Below, piece by piece: positions 1 to 9,613 of a stretch of DNA of 47,475 nt. This DNA is from Minisyncoccota bacterium (GTDB lineage: Bacteria > Patescibacteriota > Minisyncoccia > Minisyncoccales > UBA5738), in NCBI GenBank assembly GCA_041663885.1, contig JBAYLX010000001.1, positions 1 through 47,475 on the forward strand, given 5' to 3'. The translations under genes and the position numbers were made by a program. How positions within the stretch are numbered: the stretch's first letter is position 1; every line of letters starts with the position of its first letter. A model generated the notes under the pieces. It ran no database searches. It saw nothing but the letters and a program-made list of their open reading frames with translations, and had not been told where the DNA came from.

Positions 1-2
1 CC

Positions 3-3000
3 ATTCGTACGGTTTCCACCAATACCCAAACCGTGGTGGCTGACCAGGAATTGCGCGACCAGGTGGCGCGTCTCCTGCACCAGATGGACTCCGATCGTCC
101 CAATTACTCTGTGGGCCAAAGTGAATCTTTGCCCAGCAATTTAGTTGGAAAAACATTGAACATCAATTCGAACAATTTAACCATTGCTGATGATGGTACA
201 TTAACTTCCCAAGGCGCATTGAGCATCGCAGGTCTTGCCATGCTGCAAGGCGGCATCTTTCTGCCCAGCGCTGTTCCAGTGAGTGTTGCGAATTCCCTTT
301 ACAATGACAACGGCGATTTGAAATGGAACGGCAGCGCCGTGGGGCTGTCCAGCAGCATTGCCGGAACTGTCGGTTATCTGTCCAAGTTTGCTACCGCAAG
401 TACCATCGGTGATTCGATTCTCTTTGAATCCAGCGGCAAGATTGGTATTGGCACAACAAATCCATTGTCGAAATTCGATATCCGGGGCGGAATCAATGCC
501 GGTGCCAATGGCACAGAATTTGTTTTAACCGACGTAGGCATCATCAATGCCGGAACCTGGAACGGCACCGCTATCGATATCGCCCACGGCGGCACCGGAA
601 CCGTCACCGGTTCCATTACCGGTACTGGCGCGCTGGCCTTTAGTGCTGGCGGCAGCAACCAGAATGTGACTTTGACTCCTAGCGGCATAGGCTACACTCT
701 TTTGGGCGGCAATGTGGGCATTGGGACGACGAGTCCGAACACAAAATTGGAAATAAATGGAACATTCTTCAGCAATTCCAGCGATACGGCCGCGCCGGCA
801 ACCGGAGTGGCGGGCGGTGCCGGGGATAAATTTATTCTTTATCAAGGCACTGAGTCGTCTTATCCATACAGTCTCGGGGTAAATTCCAACATGTGGTTTT
901 CCGTTCCTTCAGATTCTTATTACAGTTGGTACATTAATGGTGCAGAGAAAATGAAACTTGATACCAACGGCAGTATTGCTGTTACTTCTTTGGCCTATGG
1001 TTTGCCGGAAACAAGTGGAGCAACGCAAACATATGCCAATATGCGTTTGCAGTCCATGGGCGGTAATGTTGTTTTGGATTTTGGCGATGCCGGTAGTGCA
1101 GGAGCTTGGCTGCAAACCACAAATAAAGCTAATTTAAATTTAAATTATCCATTATTGTTGAACCCGAACGGCGGCAACGTTGGAATTGGTACAAGCGCGC
1201 CGGGAGCAAAGTTAACATTGAATGGAGGTAATTTTCAACACATTGCCGCAGGTAATCCGACGCTTAAAGGAAGCGTAAGCGGAAAAGGTTATGGTATTTA
1301 CGTATCGGGCAAATATGTATTTATTGCTGCCGGTAATCTCGGTTTTAAAATTGTCGACGTTACCAATCCGGCCAGTCCGGTGACGATTTCTTCAAATTCA
1401 TTCGCCGCAGTTGCCGATATCTATGTCTCTGGCAAGTATGCTTACATCGCGGATGGCGCGTCCGGCCTTCGTATCGAAGATATTTCAAACCCGAAAAGTC
1501 CTAATTTGGTTGCAACTATCGCAACAACCGGCGCTAATGGTGTTTATGTCTCCGGCAAGTACGCCTACGTCGCGGATTTGACCGGCGGTTTGCGTGTTAT
1601 TGATGTTTCCGTCCCGGCCAGTCCGGTGCTTGCCGGTACCAATGCGCTCAGTAATGCCAATGGTGTCTACGTCTCCGGCAAGTACGCCTACGTCGCGGAT
1701 GGCGTGGCGGGTTTGCGGATTATTGAAGTCACAAATCCTGCCGCCATGGCAGTGGTGGGAACATATAATACTCCTGATTCTGCAAACCGTGTCTACGTCT
1801 CTGGCAAGTACGCCTACGTCGCGGACGGTTCGAGTTTGCAAATTATCGATGTTTCTGACCCCACCAGCCCGGTGCTTGCCGGTAGTTATTCTTCGGTAAT
1901 CGATTATTATACGGGTGTCTACGTCTCTGGCAAATACGCTTATGTTGCGTCGGGTTCTGATTACGATGATGGATCGGGTTTGCGCGTTATCGATGTTTCC
2001 GTTCCGGCCGCCACAACTCTTGCTGGAGCATACAATACCGTAAGTTATGGTGCTTCAGTTTATGTTTCCGGCAAGTACGCGTATTTGACGACAAGCGGCA
2101 GTACAAGAATAGTTGACATCAGTGGTATCGAAACTCCTTCGTTGTACGCGGGCAATATTCTGACCAATAACATAACAATTACGGAAAATGCCAATATTGC
2201 CAATGATTTATATGTGCGCGGAAGCGGTGATTTTGGCGGGCTGGCATTATTCCAAAATGGTTTCTTTTCAAGCGCCGATTCGTTTTTTTCCGGTAACGTT
2301 GGTATTGGCATAGCCTCTGCCGCGACCAAGCTGCAGGTTTTGGGCGATATTCGCACCGGTACCACCGGTGCCAATGGCTGCGTCCAGGGTTTTGGCGGTG
2401 CTTCAATTGCGGGTACTTGTTCCTCGGACAGCGGATTAAAAACCAACGTTAACTACTTGGGAAACATTCTTGATCGTTTTGTCCAAATTAAACCGGCTGC
2501 TTTCCGATGGAATGAAACCGCCCAAACGTTGTACAAAAATTCCGCCGATGTTACCAACTATGGTATTATCGCCCAAGATTTGGAACAGTTGTTTCCGGAA
2601 TTAGTCGCTACCGATTCCAATGGCTACAAAATGGTTAATTACAGCGCGCTAAATGTTTATGCTTTGGAGGCGATTAAAGAACAGCAAGCGGAGATTAATG
2701 ATTTGAAACTAACCTTGGGAATCGATGGTTCTGTTAATTCCACATCTACGGTTAATAATTTTAATACCGTTGCGGTGGAACAGGGCAGTATTGTGAAAAT
2801 TGTCAAAGATACTTTGGCGAGCTTGGGGATGATAGTGGAGAATGGGGCGGCGAGCGTGCGGGAGATGTTTGCGGAAAGAATGGTCGCGAAAAATGCAACG
2901 ATTGACTTGGTTACAAGCAAGAAAATTCAATTGATCGATGAGGTGACCGGAGAGGTTTATTGTACGAAGATTGTTGATGGCAAATGGTCAATAATTAAGG

Positions 3001-3140
3001 GTTTGTGCGAAGGTGCTGTAGGCCAAAATTCAGGAATTGCCGGGAATGGCAATTTGCCGAAGAGCGATTTGAATATCAATGTCAAAAGCGATAGTTTCGA
3101 AGTCGATAAAAACGGTACGAGTACCGAAACGGAAATATAA
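3..3140 (+). CDS. Large surface/adhesin-like protein. It has a Gly/Thr/Asn-rich N-terminal region, seven LVIVD-type repeats and a C-terminal peptidase S74 intramolecular-chaperone domain (tail-fibre/endosialidase type). The 5' end is probably cut by the window edge.
   Basis: The ORF track starts at GTG 33, but the frame stays open back to nt 3. Seven repeats of YVSGKYAYVAD...GLR[VI]IDVS.P.SP occur at a ~41-aa period. The C-terminal SSDSGLKTNVNYLG...FRWNE...YGIIAQDLEQLFPELV...MVNYSALNVYALEAIKEQQAEINDLK matches the S74 chaperone-domain signature. Confidence 0.75.
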   Translation: MRTVSTNTQTVVADQELRDQVARLLHQMDSDRPNYSVGQSESLPSNLVGKTLNINSNNLTIADDGTLTSQGALSIAGLAMLQGGIFLPSAVPVSVANSLYNDNGDLKWNGSAVGLSSSIAGTVGYLSKFATASTIGDSILFESSGKIGIGTTNPLSKFDIRGGINAGANGTEFVLTDVGIINAGTWNGTAIDIAHGGTGTVTGSITGTGALAFSAGGSNQNVTLTPSGIGYTLLGGNVGIGTTSPNTKLEINGTFFSNSSDTAAPATGVAGGAGDKFILYQGTESSYPYSLGVNSNMWFSVPSDSYYSWYINGAEKMKLDTNGSIAVTSLAYGLPETSGATQTYANMRLQSMGGNVVLDFGDAGSAGAWLQTTNKANLNLNYPLLLNPNGGNVGIGTSAPGAKLTLNGGNFQHIAAGNPTLKGSVSGKGYGIYVSGKYVFIAAGNLGFKIVDVTNPASPVTISSNSFAAVADIYVSGKYAYIADGASGLRIEDISNPKSPNLVATIATTGANGVYVSGKYAYVADLTGGLRVIDVSVPASPVLAGTNALSNANGVYVSGKYAYVADGVAGLRIIEVTNPAAMAVVGTYNTPDSANRVYVSGKYAYVADGSSLQIIDVSDPTSPVLAGSYSSVIDYYTGVYVSGKYAYVASGSDYDDGSGLRVIDVSVPAATTLAGAYNTVSYGASVYVSGKYAYLTTSGSTRIVDISGIETPSLYAGNILTNNITITENANIANDLYVRGSGDFGGLALFQNGFFSSADSFFSGNVGIGIASAATKLQVLGDIRTGTTGANGCVQGFGGASIAGTCSSDSGLKTNVNYLGNILDRFVQIKPAAFRWNETAQTLYKNSADVTNYGIIAQDLEQLFPELVATDSNGYKMVNYSALNVYALEAIKEQQAEINDLKLTLGIDGSVNSTSTVNNFNTVAVEQGSIVKIVKDTLASLGMIVENGAASVREMFAERMVAKNATIDLVTSKKIQLIDEVTGEVYCTKIVDGKWSIIKGLCEGAVGQNSGIAGNGNLPKSDLNINVKSDSFEVDKNGTSTETEI
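1290..2110 (+). repeat. In-frame tandem repeat of about 123 nt, seven units, encoding the LVIVD repeats of the surface protein
   Basis: Near-identical 30-mers ta[ct]gtctc[ct]ggcaagtacgcctacgtcgcg occur at ~1546, 1669 and 1792. Diverged copies occur at ~1300, 1423, 1918 and 2060. Confidence 0.8.
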
Positions 3141-3229
3141 ATTTGGCGGAAAGCGAGATTCGATTTTTACAGGCTTTACTTTTGGTTTTAGTTTGTTAAT
3201 ATTGTCTTATTAAAGAATAATAAAAATAC

Positions 3230-3421
3230 ATGGCAAAATATCAAGTTAATAAAGAGAAGTGTTTAGGGTGTTTTATTTGCACGGTGAACTGTCCGCAGGG
3301 CATGGCGCAGGATGATGACATGAAAGCCAAGGTGGTTGATTCCGACGCGGTCGGCGCCGCGGGCGGAGAAAGCGTTTGTCCGCACGGTGTGATCGAGAAT
3401 ATTGAGAAAAAGGAAGCTTAA
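3230..3421 (+). CDS. Small 4Fe-4S ferredoxin
   Basis: 63 aa. CLGCFICTVNCP is a CxxCxxCxxxCP cluster motif, and a distal CPHG is present. Confidence 0.7.
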   Translation: MAKYQVNKEKCLGCFICTVNCPQGMAQDDDMKAKVVDSDAVGAAGGESVCPHGVIENIEKKEA

Positions 3422-3433
3422 AGCTGATTCATG

Positions 3434-3460
3434 GCGCCCGGAAGGGCGCTTTTGTGTTTT
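3434..3460 (+). terminator. Rho-independent terminator after the ferredoxin gene
   Basis: GCGCCC-GGAA-GGGCGC stem-loop followed by TTTTGTGTTTT. Confidence 0.7.
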
Positions 3461-3588
3461 GACATTCGGGGAATATTCGCGTATTATTAAAATATCAAAG
3501 GCACGATGCGGTGCCGAGATATTTTTGACAGCGATGTCCCTGGTAAAACAGGCGTTTTTTGTTTTTGACTGCAATTAATATTAAAAAT

Positions 3589-4785
3589 ATGGTGATGATT
3601 CCATGGACAAAAAAAGTGCAGGATCGGATTGCGAAAGTGCCGGTGCGCGGCGGGCGGTCGAACAAGGAAATCAAGAGCGGGTTTGACGATTTGGTGTTTG
3701 TGCCGGCGCAGCTGGCCAAGCGGCCGGTGGATTATTTCAAGGAAGCGATCTCGACCAAAACGGTTCTGGGCAGAAATAGCAAGCGGCCGGTTGAAATCAA
3801 CGTGCCGATCTTGATCGCGGCAATGTCATTCGGCGCGCTTTCGAAAAACGCGAAAATCGCGTTGGCTAAAGGTTCGACTCTTGCGGGCACGGTTGCCAAT
3901 ACGGGCGAAGGCGGGATGTTGCCCGAAGAAAGGGAATTTGCGAAAAAATTGGTAATCCAATATAGCACCGGCCGATTTGGGATCGATGAAGAAATTTTGA
4001 AGAAGGCGGATATCATTGAAATCAAAATCGGCCAGGGCGCCAAAGGCGGCCAAGGCGGTTTGTTGCAAAAAGAAAAAGTGACGCCCGAAATCGCGGCGGT
4101 GCGGCGGGTGGAAATGGGAAGCGATGTACACTCGCCCGCTTACCATCCGGACATTAAAACCGTTGCCGATTTGAAAGATAAAGTTGATTGGTTGCGCGAG
4201 TTATCCGGAGGTGTTCCCATAGTCATTAAATTGGCGGCGGGAGATGTTGAAAGCGATGTTAAAATCGCGGTCCAAGCAAACCCGGATATTATTGCAATCG
4301 ATGGTTTAACCGGTGGCACGGGCGCGGCGCCGGAAGTGATGCTGGACGAGATGGGAATTCCAACTTTGCCGGCATTGGTTAAAGCGAGGCAGGTTCTGGA
4401 CAAACTCGGCGCCAAGCAGGAACTGTGGATCGCGGGCGGATTTTACACCGGCGGCGACGTGGCCAAGGCTTTGGCCTTGGGCGCGGACGCGGTTTTCATG
4501 GGTTCGGCAATGCTGGCGGCATTGGGTTGCGTGGGCTGTAACTTGTGCTATCTGGGCAAATGCCCCAAAGGCATTGCCACGCAAGACCCCCAACTGGCCA
4601 AAAATATGGATGTCGATGTTGCCGCGCAAAATGTGGCCAATTTCATCAAAAACTGCACCGAAGAAGTGAAAATGATGGCCGGGGCAACCGGGCATAGCAA
4701 TATCCACGATCTTAGCGCAAACGATTTGCGCGGTCTGACGTCGGAAGTTTCAAAAACCGCCGGCGTAAAAATCGCCGGGGAATAG
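3589..4785 (+). CDS. Glutamate synthase-related FMN-binding domain protein (GltB domain 2 family, stand-alone archaeal type)
   Basis: Motifs AAMSFGALS, NTGEGGM, IKIGQGAKGGQGG, AIDGLTGGTGAAP and GADAVFMGSA are present. ATG at 3589 is preferred over the TTG at 3559 used by the ORF track. Confidence 0.8.
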   Translation: MVMIPWTKKVQDRIAKVPVRGGRSNKEIKSGFDDLVFVPAQLAKRPVDYFKEAISTKTVLGRNSKRPVEINVPILIAAMSFGALSKNAKIALAKGSTLAGTVANTGEGGMLPEEREFAKKLVIQYSTGRFGIDEEILKKADIIEIKIGQGAKGGQGGLLQKEKVTPEIAAVRRVEMGSDVHSPAYHPDIKTVADLKDKVDWLRELSGGVPIVIKLAAGDVESDVKIAVQANPDIIAIDGLTGGTGAAPEVMLDEMGIPTLPALVKARQVLDKLGAKQELWIAGGFYTGGDVAKALALGADAVFMGSAMLAALGCVGCNLCYLGKCPKGIATQDPQLAKNMDVDVAAQNVANFIKNCTEEVKMMAGATGHSNIHDLSANDLRGLTSEVSKTAGVKIAGE

Positions 4786-4868
4786 AAGTAATAAAACAAA
4801 AAAATCTAAAAACAGCGTCGGTTATACGGCGCGGTTTTGTAAAATAAAAGAGAGAAACAAGTTTGTGC

Positions 4869-5327
4869 TCATCTCCCCCCTGCTCCTCTATTCGCTGGTT
4901 CTAGTTTTGTTTCGCGTTCCAGCCAAACTGTAGTGCAGACAGCAGCACCACAACAGGCGGCAATACTCATGAATATGGCGTTCTCATACGCTATACCCAC
5001 GAGCATGATAGCCATTCCTAGTACCATGCCTGTTTTGATTAGGGCTTTGTTTTGGAATGAATATTCCTCAAATAATGGGAAAACTGTTATCTTGAGGAAT
5101 ACGTATCCTGCGATCGTCACGAAGAAGACAATTCCGAGCGGAATATCTACAAAGGCTAATGCGATCGCGATCGCGATTATGTGAACCAAAGATTTGGCAT
5201 TCTTTTGGTTACCCGCTTTATTAAAGCGAGTGTAAGCCCAAGGGATCGCAAACTCACTTGCTGCGGCAGCCACGATCAAAATGGCAAATATTGCTCCTGC
5301 GAGGAGCCATAGGTTTTCTGTAATCAT
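4869..5327 (-). CDS. Hypothetical integral membrane protein (about 4 TM helices)
   Basis: 152-aa ORF with hydrophobic segments. No recognisable motif. Confidence 0.5.
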   Translation of the reverse strand: MITENLWLLAGAIFAILIVAAAASEFAIPWAYTRFNKAGNQKNAKSLVHIIAIAIALAFVDIPLGIVFFVTIAGYVFLKITVFPLFEEYSFQNKALIKTGMVLGMAIMLVGIAYENAIFMSIAACCGAAVCTTVWLERETKLEPANRGAGGR

Positions 5328-5513
5328 TCTCTATCACCTTTGGCAAGACCATAACATAAACTAAGAATAAGTCAATAGAGGATGGTAATGTGGTTGTGGA
5401 AGAGTCAGACTCTTCCAAACTCGGAAGAGTTAGACTCTTTCACGAGTTCCTGCGGGGATGTTGGTTTGTTTTGCTTTGTTATCCGGCGATTATTTGATAA
5501 AATAAAAGCATAT

Positions 5514-5891
5514 ATGATCGGGTTATTTTTTGAATGGTATTTTTTTGAGATTCCCGGGAAAATCAAGAAAATCTGGGGCAATTATCTTTGGTTTTTTGGC
5601 CGCTATTTTGCGATCGGCGATTTGGCGCGGGAATTTTTCGCGCCCTGGAAAGGGATGACGTTCGCGCGGGAAAAGCGCAATTTCGAGATCGGCGACGCGC
5701 TCGGGGCGTGGGGCGGCAATTTATTCTCGCGTTTGATCGGCGCGGTGATGCGGACTTTCTTTCTCGCCGCGGGCATCGCGGCCGAAGCGGCGGCGCTTGT
5801 TGCCGGAGTGGCCGCATTCATCATTTGGCCGCTTTTATTTTTACTGATCCCCTTTTCATTAATCCTGGGGATAATGCTGCTGGCCGTCTAA
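5514..5891 (+). CDS. Hypothetical membrane protein, apparently translationally coupled to the downstream Clp-like ATPase
   Basis: The ORF is open from 5382; an ATG at 5514 gives MIGLFFEWYFFEIPG... The C-terminus has hydrophobic helices. The stop at 5891 is 1 nt before the next start at 5893. Confidence 0.5.
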   Translation: MIGLFFEWYFFEIPGKIKKIWGNYLWFFGRYFAIGDLAREFFAPWKGMTFAREKRNFEIGDALGAWGGNLFSRLIGAVMRTFFLAAGIAAEAAALVAGVAAFIIWPLLFLLIPFSLILGIMLLAV

Positions 5892-5892
5892 C

Positions 5893-8526
5893 ATGGACAA
5901 TAATCAAAATTTGCCATCAACATTTGCGGCGGTCGAGCGCGCGCGCTTGGTGCCGCTCGGCTTTATGATCGTAGTTCGAAACGTCAGCGCGTTTTTGCTG
6001 GCCGGATCGCTTTTTATATTCGCGGTCTATCTGCTATTTGGATTGGTGCCGCGCGAATCCGTGGATGCGGTTTTAGGGTTGTTCAAATTGAAATTGCCGT
6101 TGCTTCCCGAAAAATTGCCAGGATTTGTTTTTGCCGCGGATTGTGTGGTGTTTCCGTTTTGGGCAGTTGCCAATCTGGCCATTGGTTTTACCCGCCAAAA
6201 ATTGATGCGTCCCGGAAAGACTTTGGAGGGCGGGATTTCCCGCGGCGATGATTTGCGCGAATACCTTGATTTTGAAGCGGCCGCGGTGGTGAAATCGGCA
6301 ATAAAAAGTTCGCATTTGCCGTTTTCCAAGATTTTGCTTTACCGGCTGTTGAAATCGAAACGGCTGTCGTTCGCGTTCGGGAGGCTGTGCATCGGCGAGC
6401 CTGAATTGGAAAAGCAATTGTTGGGCCAAATGAAAGAAAATTCCAAAAAATTTTCTCACGGAAACAAGTCAAACCTTGAAGATTCAAACCGCGTGATCCG
6501 CGAGCACATTCTTGAATGCGCCGCCCGGATTTCAATTAAGGCGGAAGAACAAAGAATAAATATTTTTACGTTGTTTTTGGCGTTGCTTGATGATGAACCG
6601 AAATTACAGGAATTGATGGATCGTTTACAGCTTTCAAAAGATGATGTTGAATCGGTGGTCCTGTGGCAAATGAGAATGGAAAGTTATCAAAAATACCGCG
6701 CCCGGTTTTGGGAAAAAGATAACTTGCGGCTCAAGCTTTCCGAAAGCCCCGTGTCAATGGCCGTGGGCGGTTATACCGTACTGCTTGATCAATATGCGCG
6801 CGATATCACCATGTCTAATCCTTTGCGTTCGGGCGGCGTGGTTTTGCACGGGCATGAGATTGAATTGCTCGAAGAAGCGTTAATGCAACAGAAAGGTAAC
6901 GGGGTGATACTGGTGGGAGAATCGGGATGCGGCCGCAAAAGCATAATCTATAATTTTTCCAATCGCATGACTTCCGAAAGCAGTCCGGCGCATTTAAGAA
7001 TGATGCGGATAATGGAGATAAATATGGCGTCGCTTATCGGCCGCAATCAAAGCGCGGCGGAATTGACCGCGGTTTTCGACGCGATTTTCCAAGAGGCGGT
7101 GCTGGCAAAGAATGTGATTATTGTCATTCCCGAGATCCATAATTACATCGGGACGCAATCCGGGAAACGCGATACCGCGTCAATTGATATTGGCGGTGTC
7201 ATCGGCGGTTATCTGGACATTCCCGGGTTTCGGATCATTGGTCTGGCCATATATGAAGGGTTCCATAAATGCGAATTACTGGCCGCGCAAATCATTAATA
7301 AATTCAGGAAAATCGAAGTCGCCGCGGTGGGGATTTCCGACACAATGAGAGTTCTTAAGGAGGAAGGTTTGCGCCGCGAACTGGCCACGGGCACTTTTAT
7401 TCCGATTGCCAGCCTTAATGAAATCGTGAAACTGTGCGATTATTTTCTTGGCGACGCGGTGTTTCCCCGCAAGGCGGTGAATTTGCTGGATGATCTGGTG
7501 GCCAATAGAATGAGCCGCGGCGGCAAGGGCAAAAAAAGCATAATGTCGGATGATGTTGACGCTTATTTCACGAATAAATATGAAGTTCCGGCCGGAGCCG
7601 CGGGCCAAAAAGAAAAAGAAGTTTTGATCAATCTGGAAGCGCGCATCCATGAAGGATTGATTGATCAAAAGGAAGCGGTGAGTGAACTTGCCAACGCGAT
7701 GAGGCGCAGCCGCGCGGAGATCAAGCGGCAAAAAAGGACGATCGGCAATTTCCTGTTTCTGGGTCCGACGGGAGTGGGAAAAACTGAAACCGCGAAACAG
7801 CTGGCAAAGGTATATTTTGGTTCGAGCAATAATATGATCCGGTTAAATATGTCTGAATACCAAACAATCGGATCAATCGATAAATTGATCGGCGGGGCAG
7901 ACAATGCCGGATTATTAACCACGGCAATGAGGGAAAAGCCCTTTTCATTGGTTTTGATCGATGAAATCGAAAAATCACACCCGGAACTGCTGAATATATT
8001 TTTAAATGTTTTTGACGAGGGAAGCCTGACGGATGGATTCGGGCGCATGGTTGATTTCCGGCATGCGATCATTATCGCCACATCCAATGCCGGCGCCGAA
8101 AGCATCCGCCAAGAGATTGCCGCCAAGGGCGATTTTGATCCAAATTTTAAGAGGACGTTCATTGATGGCCTTTTGCGCCGCAATGTTTTCAAGCCCGAAT
8201 TTATCAACCGTTTTGACGCGATCGTGCTTTACCGGCCGTTGGGAGTCGCGGAAATCGAGCAAGTGGCCGCGCTGATGCTTAAAGATATCGTGGAAGGATT
8301 GCGCGCCAAGCGGATTGAATTTGAAACAAGCCCGCAATTAGTGCAAGCACTGGCCAAAATCGGTTTTGATCCGGTGTTCGGCGCCCGCGCGATGCGCCGC
8401 GCCATTCAGGACAATGTGGAAAATCCGATTGCCACTGCCCTGCTTTCGAATTCAATCAAGTCTGGGAACAAATTTACCGTTGATCCGGACACCTGGTCGG
8501 TTGCGGTTTCTGCCCGCCCTGATTAG
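5893..8526 (+). CDS. Clp/Hsp100-family AAA+ ATPase (ClpB/ClpC-like) with an N-terminal transmembrane anchor, a degenerate D1 module and an intact D2 module
   Basis: The N-terminus has two hydrophobic helices. D1 reads GESGCGRKS in place of GxxGxGKT, and VIIVIPEIH in place of hhhhDE. D2 has GPTGVGKTETAKQLA, LVLIDEIEKSHPE, IIIATSNAG and the sensor GARAMRR. Confidence 0.8.
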   Translation: MDNNQNLPSTFAAVERARLVPLGFMIVVRNVSAFLLAGSLFIFAVYLLFGLVPRESVDAVLGLFKLKLPLLPEKLPGFVFAADCVVFPFWAVANLAIGFTRQKLMRPGKTLEGGISRGDDLREYLDFEAAAVVKSAIKSSHLPFSKILLYRLLKSKRLSFAFGRLCIGEPELEKQLLGQMKENSKKFSHGNKSNLEDSNRVIREHILECAARISIKAEEQRINIFTLFLALLDDEPKLQELMDRLQLSKDDVESVVLWQMRMESYQKYRARFWEKDNLRLKLSESPVSMAVGGYTVLLDQYARDITMSNPLRSGGVVLHGHEIELLEEALMQQKGNGVILVGESGCGRKSIIYNFSNRMTSESSPAHLRMMRIMEINMASLIGRNQSAAELTAVFDAIFQEAVLAKNVIIVIPEIHNYIGTQSGKRDTASIDIGGVIGGYLDIPGFRIIGLAIYEGFHKCELLAAQIINKFRKIEVAAVGISDTMRVLKEEGLRRELATGTFIPIASLNEIVKLCDYFLGDAVFPRKAVNLLDDLVANRMSRGGKGKKSIMSDDVDAYFTNKYEVPAGAAGQKEKEVLINLEARIHEGLIDQKEAVSELANAMRRSRAEIKRQKRTIGNFLFLGPTGVGKTETAKQLAKVYFGSSNNMIRLNMSEYQTIGSIDKLIGGADNAGLLTTAMREKPFSLVLIDEIEKSHPELLNIFLNVFDEGSLTDGFGRMVDFRHAIIIATSNAGAESIRQEIAAKGDFDPNFKRTFIDGLLRRNVFKPEFINRFDAIVLYRPLGVAEIEQVAALMLKDIVEGLRAKRIEFETSPQLVQALAKIGFDPVFGARAMRRAIQDNVENPIATALLSNSIKSGNKFTVDPDTWSVAVSARPD

Positions 8527-8628
8527 CGTTTAGCGATGGGATGTTTTTTGCAATTTAAAGCCGGATATTCCCGGCTTTTTAAATTTTCGCCGCAGTGCTA
8601 CAATGAAAAAAATGAATTTTACAAAAAA

Positions 8629-9603
8629 ATGGATATTATCAAAAAAATAACCGAAGCGAATTTGAGAGGCCGCGGCGGCGCGGGATTTCCGACCGGAAAA
8701 AAATGGCAGATGGTGAAAGACGCGCTTGGCGATAAGAAATTCGTAATTTGCAACGTATCCGAAGGCGAACCCGCGGTTTTTAAAGACGGGCATATTCTGG
8801 AGAATTGGCCGAATATTGTGATCGAAGGTATCGTTTTAGCGATGGAAGCCGTGGAATCTCAAAAGGGGTATTTATATTTGCGCAAGGATTATTTTGATAA
8901 ATATAAGGATACATTGAATAAAATTATTGGCGAGAAATCAATCGAAATCGTGCGCGAGTCCGGCGGTTATCTTGGCGGTGAAGAAACCGCGCTTTTGGAA
9001 TCCATCGAGGGAAAACGCTGTGAACCGCGAATCAAACCGCCATTTCCACCGCAAGCTGGTCTTTTTGGATGTCCTACCTTGATCAATAATTTGGAAACGC
9101 TATATTGCGCGGCTAAAATCGCCAAAGGCGAATTCAAAAACACGCGATTTTATTCAATTTTCGGCGCTGTCGCTTGTCCGGGAGTTTTTGAACGGGGCGA
9201 GAGCATTACAATTCGGGAAGTTTTGGAAAAAACCGGTAATTTGCCCCAGTTTAAGTTTTTCGCGCAAGTCGGCGGCGGCGCTAGTGGTACGATTTTGCTG
9301 GAAAACGAATTGGACGCACCACTAACCGGCGCGGGGTCAATCGTAGTTTATGATCTGGCAAAAACCGATTTGCGCAAACTTGGTTTGCAATGGGCGGACT
9401 TTTTCATCAACGAAAATTGCGGCAAATGCGTCCCCTGCCGCGAAGGCGTTTTCCGCCTGCGCGAAATTTTTTCTCAAGACGAGGTTGACATCGCCAAAGC
9501 AAAAGATATTCTAAACTTACTGGCCGCGGCCAGTTTCTGCCCCTTCGGCAAAGGCGTGGCGAATTCTTTTGGCGGGTTGATAAGCAAATTAATGGCCAAA
9601 TAA
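8629..9603 (+). CDS. NuoF/HydB-like NAD(P)H-binding flavoprotein subunit (FMN and 4Fe-4S)
   Basis: Motifs RGRGGAGFPTGKKW, CNVSEGEP, GGEETALLESIEG, PPFPP..GLFG.PTLINN.ETL, CGKCVPCREG and SFCPFG are present. ATG at 8629 is preferred over the start of the extended ORF at 8536. Confidence 0.85.
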   Translation: MDIIKKITEANLRGRGGAGFPTGKKWQMVKDALGDKKFVICNVSEGEPAVFKDGHILENWPNIVIEGIVLAMEAVESQKGYLYLRKDYFDKYKDTLNKIIGEKSIEIVRESGGYLGGEETALLESIEGKRCEPRIKPPFPPQAGLFGCPTLINNLETLYCAAKIAKGEFKNTRFYSIFGAVACPGVFERGESITIREVLEKTGNLPQFKFFAQVGGGASGTILLENELDAPLTGAGSIVVYDLAKTDLRKLGLQWADFFINENCGKCVPCREGVFRLREIFSQDEVDIAKAKDILNLLAAASFCPFGKGVANSFGGLISKLMAK

Positions 9604-9613
9604 TCATAATAAT

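Noticed and set aside
1290-2110. Regular ~123-nt periodic repeats that might be mistaken for a CRISPR-like or satellite array
   Set aside because: They are in frame inside a long ORF and encode LVIVD protein repeats. There is no unique-spacer architecture.
3-3140. Interpreting the S74-domain protein as evidence of a prophage at the left edge
   Set aside because: The downstream genes are ferredoxin and metabolic genes. There are no phage structural or lysis genes within the window, although the upstream context is not visible.
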